From: Trichoplax adhaerens | Taxonomy: Eukaryota; Animalia; Placozoa | Direction: 5' to 3' | Assembly (NCBI RefSeq): GCF_000150275.1 | Contig: NW_002060968.1 | Span: 591,788 to 655,787 of the forward strand | DNA length: 64,000 bases | Part shown: positions 54,770 to 64,000 of the stretch, one piece after another | Numbering within the stretch: the first letter of the stretch is position 1 | Layout of the letters: each line of letters starts with the position of its first letter | Notes under the pieces: generated by a model | The model's input: only the letters and a program-made list of their open reading frames with translations | The model's database searches: none | Told to the model about the DNA's origin: nothing | Translations under genes and position numbers: made by a program

Positions 54770-57700
54770 CTAAGATAAGCCTGATAATGATACCTTAACT
54801 CTTATACGGAAGACAATTTAGGTATGTTATATTTGGCTATCAGATGCGTTTTTAACTGGAGAATCTCAATTTTATACTAGAAAGAGTTTAAATGTGCCGT
54901 CTCATTCTACTAGCCACCTGATGTACTACTACAATCTGCTGCATTCATTACATGGCTTAAACTTAGTTATAATAGCTGTTAGTCAATAACAACCATTTAC
55001 GTTGACCAAATAGCTACTTTTAGAATAAAAGTTTGACTAGTAAGGATACTATCGACACATAAACAAGCCGTAAAAGGACAATTCAAATTCAAAGCAAGCT
55101 ATCAGATAGACTTGCTAAACCAAAGGGGGAAAGAACATCTATTTCATTTATGCACACATTATAGCTTATTTAGCAGACTTGTCATGACAGTATTACAACA
55201 ATTAAATTTATTTGTCCTGAAATAGAAGAGAGTTGAAGTACTATAATTTTATATTCGCATGCTGATTTTATAACTGCATTGATTAATCATGATTTAGTAC
55301 TTTTGAGCTAAAAGAGTAAATATTTCAAAATTAAATCAAATGCTGCCGTAAGTCATATTCCCATTTATTCAAAAGGGAAAATTACAATATTGCATAAGAG
55401 TATTTGAAGTGGTATTAAACTGAGCTAACGTAGCTAGAAATTAATGTGAAAGCCTTCATGCTGACTAAAATATGTTTAAAGGATAATAAAATAAACTGGG
55501 AACGATAATATCAGCTTAGAAAGAAGCAGGGAAAGAATGATTCTGATTTACGTGTACAAGAAGCTACCGTAAAGATTTACTAGATCAAAGGCAAGAAAAG
55601 AAGACCTATTTCATTTCAGACTTTACAACAATTTTATCTATTTTCGCTGAAGTATAAGAGAACTAAAGGACTACAATTTCATATTCTACTACACAGCTAC
55701 GCACATTGATTTATGACGATATTGCTTCATAAATTATAGTATAGTGCTAGTTGTGCTCAGAAAATTAACACCTGAAAAATAAATTAAATGTCACCTTATG
55801 TCTGACTTCTATTATTCCAAATGAAAGAATAATAATATCGTATTTTATTATGCGAAATAAAGAATAAAAGTCGAATCATGCTGACTCAATGGATAAATAT
55901 GCAATTATTAAGGCAAGATCTTTTACTATATCTACAATAAAGTCTAATAGACTTTGAGAATATATATTAATTGATCATACGAAAATGGCTATAATTGCCG
56001 TATTTAAGTGCATTGGAGAAGTTTTCTAGAAGAGCTTGCGAATAATAATTAATCAAAGGTGGCAGTATCACTTTCTAATGACTTTTAGATATAAATAACT
56101 TCCATTGCTCTTCTTTCTAAGACAGCTACATTACAGTAATAAAATAAAGTTCAGATATTTTTCATGAATATTGTAATGGATACGTACGTTAGCACGTAAG
56201 TGTGACAGAGTTTTAGATTGCCATTGCTTGCTGTTGAGGAAGTTAACTTAGCTTCTTGCATGAGTTTTTTTGACAATTGTCGCTCTATCTATTGCCATTC
56301 TCAAGGGTCACAAATACATTCGTCATAAAGACGCAATCATATTCATAAGAATTTGTATACTTCGGTGTAATGTCAGCTTGAAAATTTTCGTATTGTAAAG
56401 TTAAATTTTTGTGATTAAGCATTGTTATTCCGAATTAATAAGCCAGACATGATTAAATTATGAACAGAGTGTCCCATAATAAAGTAATAGCAAACCAAGA
56501 CACTTTAACAACATATTATGATAATCAATCAAGCATAAAATTTAAGATTTATTAAGAATTTCCCTACTATTAGCCTCTTTATGCTGCTAGGTGATGTTTT
56601 AATTTCACTTGAAATAGTCAGCATTAATTTATCTATGTAAGTTCTGCAATTAAAATATTTTACATATTTTATGGAAGCTACCCGTTTAGTGTTCGATAAT
56701 CAGGCCTAAAATTTAGTTACTAGTATGTTGTGCAGAGAATTGGCTAGGGTGCGTGGCGTATATGGTTTACCACAAGTATTTCATAAAGATTTTAGCCTGT
56801 TGGTATCATTTGGCCGATGCCAAGGATCTTCGGCATATTATCACTTGTATTATAAAAGTTTTACTGTTACCATCATTATAATCCGTCATTTTACAAAAAG
56901 CTAGGCATATCATATTTGTCTAGCATGATGTAAAATGACAGATTTTCCAGTAATCATGGTAACAGTAATTTTAACTCGTGATTGATATTTGCACCATTAA
57001 TGTATAGTCAATTTAATCCTCAAAGCCTTAAAAAGAAGCAGTCACTGAAATAATATAGAAACACTACTTTTAAATAAATTTTAAGTAGGATTGGTGCTAA
57101 TACAAAATTGAAGACAAAATATCTTTCCTCCATTGACTGTTGAATAAATTTTTTGTAAGCTAATACGGGTTGATGTATCCTAAATCTCATAGAAACATTA
57201 CATCGATTTTAGTTTATTATAACTTCTCTACAGTAATAGTTTGTGAATATATAACATGAATCGACTAGGCCATAAATTCCGTCTATAATTTAAACAACAT
57301 TTTCTCAAACTAACAATTCTGATTCAGATTTACAGTAGAAGGAGTTCACCTTTTTATTGTATTAGGACTAAAAAATACCCTACACATAATGTTAATATAA
57401 TCGAATAAAATTAGATGCGTCTCAGTTTAATCATTTTGAATCAGTGCTGAAAAGCTACAGCTAATTCTGTACGTATTGATACTAATGTCAAACAATTAAA
57501 TCAGATTGAAATTAGATTTTTAAAAGCCAAACTTTATTACAACTTGTTCTTACTATTCAATGAACAATCTGTTAACTTTATATTAATTCCGCAGAACTAA
57601 TCAATCTGGTACTAGCTATTCCTGATTTCAAGGATTTGAATCATCTAGTTGGTATAAGACAATTGCTATTTAACTTAATAAGATTTGTATAATTTCTAGA

Positions 57701-58023
57701 AAGAAGCAATTATTAAACATCATAAACGATGATAGCAGAATTGATAGCTGCATCATAAATTTCAAATAAGTTCTAATTGTGAATCATTTTAGGCTTTCAT
57801 AAATTTCAGAGCAATAAATTATTGATCATACAATAATTTCGTAAATTTTTGCTATAAATTAGTAAATAACGTATATGATGCCAAAGAACGCATCTATAAT
57901 TCAAATATTTCAATCAGTAGCTCATAGCTATCTATCAATTTGGGCAATGGTAAAAAGTAAGTTTTAGGAAGTTACTTGCTAGGTCATAAATATTGAATAA
58001 ATAACGTAAGACCGATAGAGGAG

Positions 58024-58642
58024 TGTCATAAAAGTAATCTTCGTGACGTATACTTTATTTTTATATTACATTCTATATATGTTTATATCTTAGAATGTTT
58101 AACGGCCTCCTTAATTATAATTTTAGTGGTAACAGTTGATATCCTTAATTTAGGACAACATAAACTAAAATAGTAATTGCCAACCAGCTAAACTGGATAA
58201 TATCTATCACCTTCAAGGTTGCTAGGGTTCAAAGTACAATTCCTAAGTTTAGAGGAAATACATTGGTAGGATAGCTTCATCTGTATCTGTTAAGCTATTA
58301 ATAAGCATTGATTATTTTAATACTGTTAAAGTAAATTTAATAGCATTGGACTGTATCTAATCGCTACAGATAGAATCTCTTAAGAGTGTTAATTTGGTTA
58401 ATTTCTAGTAGACAATGTGACTTGTGTAGCTAAACCGGTTTTAGGTCCGAAAGCTATATAAACGGTGAGTTCGCTAACAATATATTAGACTGTGATTTTC
58501 TAGCAAGTCTTGATTGTCTCCCTGTGTTAATCCTTTCTGTCTTGGAATACCAATTTGCTGGTATTTCAAGTAGCAGTATTAAAGGGTAGAAATAACTCTT
58601 TTAATCCTTGTTGCCAGTTAGGGCTATTCCTAGCTCGTAACA
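58024..58642 (+). mobile_element. Solo-LTR-like insertion, 619 bp, 6 bp TSD
   Basis: TGTCAT...GTAACA flanked by GAGGAG (58018-58023, 58643-58648). Empty site in copy A at ~1683; TATATAAA at ~58455. Confidence 0.87.
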
Positions 58643-58744
58643 GAGGAGACACAAATTATTAAGACGACTTTCAATATCTATTGGATTTATTACAAATTAT
58701 TACATCCGACATTTGCTTCTGTTTGCTAAAAGTAAATTAGATCC

Positions 58745-59160
58745 ATTTTAATGCCATTTAATTCAGCAAATATCTATTGCAAAGTCATTTTTTAATGAAT
58801 TAATAGAGCCTAATGCGTTTAAGATTTTTCAAGAACCAGATAAATTGATTCAATGACATTTAAATGACAAAATATCGGTAAAAGTGTTGTTTTTGGTGGA
58901 TTGAAACCACTTGATTCTCTTATACGCTTGTATAGAGTAAATATATTGATTTTTATGCCCTTAAAATCAAACAATCATCGATGGTAAAATTGGTCTTGGT
59001 GGATTGATAGTAATCGATACTCGTATACGTTTATAGCAAGTAAATCGTTTCATTTTAATGCAATTAATGTCATTTAAAAGAATAATTATCGATGATAAAG
59101 TTGTTTCAAGGATCAGTATAATCCAATTTTCTGAAGACCTCTTTGTAGTGAGATTAATAG
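58745..59160. repeat. Degenerate ~103 bp tandem repeat (~4 units), paralogous to 1835-2335
   Basis: Units start at ~58746, 58850, 58951 and 59053. Confidence 0.75.
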
Positions 59161-59191
59161 ACTTGTATTTTATAGAGATTCATATAGCAAA

Positions 59192-60229
59192 CTATTTTCT
59201 GGAAGTAGAGTCCGTTTTCTTACTTTCAGGCCAAACTTTTCGCTGACAGATCGGCATCCCTATCGATTTTAACAAAGTTTTCATTTCTGTTCGAAAGCCA
59301 ATATTGGCAATATTATATAAGAGTGGATTAAGAATACAAGGCAGTATCAGTAAAATGATAAATGACTGAAATAGCGACCAAAATTGATGTGGAAGAGTTT
59401 TATGCAGTTGAGGATTGAGAAGTTTACTGTATGTAATCCATAGGAAAAGTATTGAAAAAGGGCAAAAGGACAAGGCGGACAAGACAGTCATAACCAATAA
59501 TGTTACTATGCAAGCATTTTTTTTATGCTCAATTCTTGCCATGTGAATTTTGTAGTCTGATTCGTCCATTGGAATGGTTTTCCGACATAATTTGATTGCA
59601 ATGGTAACATAACAGCAAATGATGATCACGATTGGGATAAAAATGGACACTGTGACATAAATTGTAGTAAAAATGGCATTGCGAACACTTCCTCTCGAGG
59701 AAAATGCTCCAGTACAATCCAAAACTTCGTAGGCGGTATAATCACGTCCAACGACTAAAATTAATGCTGTAGTCACTGATATAGTCCAGATTGCCGGGAA
59801 AAAGAGCTTTATATGTTGTTTACTTAACGGTGATTTAAGTGGATAAATAATAGCTCGATATCGTTCGATTCCAATCATGGCTAAGGTTAGCATTGAGCTA
59901 GATACCCCTAATACACCAGTAAATGCAAATATATTGCATATCAAGGTTATGGTAGTAAAAGACAGATTGGAATAAAATTGCGGATTGCTAACAACAACCG
60001 CTGGATAGGTAAATTTAAAGCTAAGTAATATGCAGTGTATCATATCTGATATAGCCAAGTTAGCGATCAAACGATTTATTGGTTGTCGCAGATTCTTTCT
60101 AGTGAAAATGGTTACACACAGTGTTATGTTAAGAATCAAACCGAGTATGCTCAGGCTAATAACCACAACTGAAAGTCGAAAATCGAACCAACTAGTTAGT
60201 GTTTTATTTCTAAACACAGAATGATTCAT
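59192..60229 (-). CDS. Intronless class A GPCR, close paralogue of 2378-3427
   Basis: 345 aa; same termini (MNHSVFRNKT, ESKKTDSTSRK), ERY and NPLLY. Confidence 0.93.
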   Translation of the reverse strand: MNHSVFRNKTLTSWFDFRLSVVVISLSILGLILNITLCVTIFTRKNLRQPINRLIANLAISDMIHCILLSFKFTYPAVVVSNPQFYSNLSFTTITLICNIFAFTGVLGVSSSMLTLAMIGIERYRAIIYPLKSPLSKQHIKLFFPAIWTISVTTALILVVGRDYTAYEVLDCTGAFSSRGSVRNAIFTTIYVTVSIFIPIVIIICCYVTIAIKLCRKTIPMDESDYKIHMARIEHKKNACIVTLLVMTVLSALSFCPFSILFLWITYSKLLNPQLHKTLPHQFWSLFQSFIILLILPCILNPLLYNIANIGFRTEMKTLLKSIGMPICQRKVWPESKKTDSTSRK

Positions 60230-63200
60230 TTTGAACTAAATACGTGAACTGCTTCAAGCTACCTACAGATAGACCGAAAATTGCAATGAGAAGGAAAATA
60301 TCATACAATAAGATGGCAAAATCTTGAAATAGGTTTTACTAGACTCAATGCATTACAAGAGATTTACTTCCAAATTGAATGAACGTCAAAGTACATAAAT
60401 GAACTTACCGTTGATGACAAAATTATAATTGCGGCTTTGTGAATCAGTAATGATTCAATCAGATTTTGCAAGAGTTGATATCAGCAATGTAATAAGTGAT
60501 AGAGAGTAAACTGATGAGTTTGTCGATGTTTACTAATCTGTAATGTCAAATCACCAGTTAGATAAACAAATTAAAATGACTGAAAAATTCATAAATTTTA
60601 TATATGCTGCACCACTATTAACTTTATTTGTAAGGAAAAGGGAGTCTTTCAGCAAGCCAATACACACTCTTAATTTTAAATCTTTAATTTAGATACTTAA
60701 ATAAACCTTCATAGTGAGTGATTTCTGACGAAGAATAAATGGATACCTGCTTCATAATTTCATAGCATTACTTTGAATGAATAAAGCGAATGTTAATAGA
60801 CACGGTACTTATGAAATCTTTGCGATAATTTAGCAACCTTAAAAAAGGATCAGCTAAAGTTTTCTTTCAAATTTATTCTTAAAGTGGAAAAGAAAAAAGC
60901 ATTTATCTTTGGAAGGATCTTTATTTCCATCACAGTATACACTTTGTACTGCTATAAAGATCCAAATCTGCCGAATAGACAATGTAATTAATTATTTTGT
61001 TCTAGCAAACGATAATTAAAAACTGCTGACTAACTAATTGATTAATTTACTAGATTCTTTCTGTCTTCTTGTCAACATATCTTTTACTATTGGAACCCTA
61101 AATTGCTAATAAATACAATATTCATGTCAGTAGTTGTCGTATACAATTACTCATTAACTTGAGACATTGGCATCAACAGTGTATAATTTCTTTATTACAA
61201 GTAAAAATATTTCTTAATGAGACCTGCAACTATAATAAAACAATTACTTTTATAAGATCTCATGATTACTCGTATAATTTATTTATTTGTTGTAACAAAG
61301 CGGAGTTCTCTTTACGTAACTGCAGTTAATAATGTAAACTAAAAATAGGAACCGAATTAGCTAATCAATAAAAATTTTGGTAATTTATTTCAATAGATCA
61401 TTATCTTCAATTGCTTCACCAATTGCTGTTTGTGCTGATATATTTTGAATAGAAGACAAACCGTAGATCACGACCAAGAATAAATTAACCTTCTGTTTGG
61501 TAATAGATATTCGATGTAAAATTGTTTTAACATTATTTGTTTTGAAAGAGTTGACTTGTTCGTTAAAATAGTGACAGTTTTATGCAGGCATGTACGAATA
61601 TTCGTTGAGAACTTTTTTAAATTATTAAGAAAAACTCTATTTCGATTAAATGAAAATGTGGACTACTGTAGATTTCATAACGCAGAACAATGATAACCTA
61701 TACAATTTAGTAAGTTGTTATTATAAATTAATGACACATAAATAACTCTCTTCGTATTTTTATTTTATTAATACATTCATGTATAGATTATCATATACTA
61801 TAGTAAATAAAAAATGCAGATGAGAATGAAGTTGATCATTATAAATCAGCTATGCCTTGCGAGATGAATTTTTTCGTTATATTCAATAAAATTACCAGAA
61901 AAAACTGGGACTGAAGGCTAGAAGTTCCAGTTAAGCATATTCATTAAACCTACACTGTTATGAATATAATTCAAAATTTATATAAAATTTAAGCAAAAGA
62001 ACACTATTTTAGAGATCAACTTTTATCTAGAATTTATAATTATATCTAGGGCATGGAAGATTTAAGAATACTAAAGTAGATACTTTCTTAACGCCTACAT
62101 ACATTTTATCAAACTGGAAATCGGAATTATCCTTAGTCCATTTCATAGAAGTTTTTATTTCTAACAAATGTCTCATTTAATTAAAGACATAGATGATTAA
62201 ACACAACCTTTTGCATTTTAACTGTTAATATTATTATATATATATACATCGGTTGTATCTCATAAAACTGTTTAAGATATTAAATCTTCTATTATGATCT
62301 AATCGAATGATCATAGGCTAGCCCTTTTCTCTGGAAAGAACGATTAATAGGCCACGATAAGATTTTTTCAATATAAATCTAATATGAACATCAGCAAATA
62401 ATCATGTTTTTCTTGTATTTAATAAAATGTTGGTCAAAATTTGAAGACTAATCAATTCTTAACTTAAAAATCCTGAGATGATGAATGTCCAATATATTCT
62501 TGCAGTAAATTTTAGTAATTAGCTTAACTACTGCGGTTAAGACTCCTAACAAATAATGAAACCAACTTTTTTTAGAAATCTAAGGATGAAATTACATAGT
62601 TAATTTCGTACCTAAGAGATTAAAAATTTTACTCCGTTATTTATTAAAAGCTGTAGAATAACCAATTAAAATGGAAAACTATAGTGATATTACGAAGTAA
62701 TTTATATCATTTATTTTTACTCAGTTTTAATTGCTTATGGTATCTACGATGATTATAAATATAAATAGTAATTACAGTCACGGTCCTTAGGATTACGGTA
62801 GAAGTAATATTAATGATCAAGTCTTATACTTGCGGTTAATCTTGAGTTAAATATATTTTCTAACGTAATATTATAGCTCTATTACTTAAACGAAATATGA
62901 TATTTCTGTAATTTGCTTAAATCAGCTTGACAATAACTAAAGTAATTACCAATCAGCAGAAGAAATGACACTATTAGTAGTTTTGAACGTTCCATTTTGA
63001 CAATATTGGAAAGGGTCGATCTTAATCTTCATCATACTACCGTTACTATACTTTTCCGACGGAAATATTATACTGGAAATGTTATTGCAAGACTTTCTTG
63101 TATTGTATCTAATACTACAGTTGATTGATCTATGCTGATTTATCCTATATCTAAAACCGCAGCTTAAATTATAGCTAGCAAGTATTGGATATACTGGAAA

Positions 63201-64000
63201 ATAATAGCTTATTTAATGCAAGTGCTAAGAATAAACAGTTATAATCATGCATTTTATGTTATCAATTCACAATCACTTTACGTATACAAAATTATAGTTT
63301 GCTTGTATGCTGGTGATAGAAACGAAGGTTAAGCAATATAACTGTAGCCATCGGATGAGAATGTTAACTCAATTTATCTTTTTATCGTTTGCACTATTTT
63401 GTACTAAAACGCTAGCAGGTATAAATTGTATCAATTAGTATGTTGTAATTATTTGAAATCAATATTGATATTTAGGGGATACCAATTATGATATTATTGA
63501 ATAGTTCATGAAGCTTTAAAAGTAGATACTGCTACAGTAAAATTGATCTTACTAACGTTGTTCAACCTTCAAATCACACAAAGAAATAATAGCAAAGAAT
63601 TCTACTACTAAATGTCAATCAATTTGAAATTCTACTAGACAATATGGCAAGCTCTGTTAAAAAGCCCTTTCGTAGGCGACAAAAATAAAAGATTTTTGGT
63701 CTAAAAGAAGCAGAAGATACTATATAGAATATAAACAGTGGAAAAAGATTGTCATATTTACAGTACTTAAATCTATAGAACTAAAAATGCGAACAAATTT
63801 TTATAATTTTTATTTTCTTTTGCGAAGATTATCTCAACGCAAATGAGCTATTAAATACATCAACGATCTATTTCTTTCATTATTAAATATTATAGAATTA
63901 TTAGTATTCAATTTACAAGCACATGCCTAATTTTTTTCTGCAGTATATCTTGACATCAGTAATATTTCTAATAGCTTCACTACAAATGAAAGCAAAGAAT

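Larger units (their letters stand above)
56790..62630 (+). repeat. Segmental duplication copy B of 325-5870
   Basis: Colinear flanks and GPCR; boundaries approximate. Confidence 0.9.

Overview
AT-rich eukaryotic (animal) genomic DNA with short introns and N-gaps. The intronless rhodopsin-family GPCR paralogues and compact introns resemble a placozoan such as Trichoplax (inference). Contents: three intact and two decayed intronless class A GPCRs, two of the intact ones in a ~5.5 kb segmental duplication. There is a tandem family of multi-exon PARP1-like genes (one intact, one probably disabled, one 3' fragment). These lack the Zn1/Zn2 fingers and have a degenerate catalytic triad (N-Y-Q and K-D-Q instead of H-Y-E). 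They are interleaved with BTB-BACK-Kelch genes (one intact, two pseudogene copies). A 3.2 kb fossil Polinton/Maverick (adintovirus-like) block (capsid, repeated core protein, adenain, zinc-ribbon/integrase fusion) breaks off 120 bp before the intact kelch ATG. At least six TG...CA solo-LTR-like insertions with perfect 5-6 bp target-site duplications are present. All calls come from manual reading; no searches were run.
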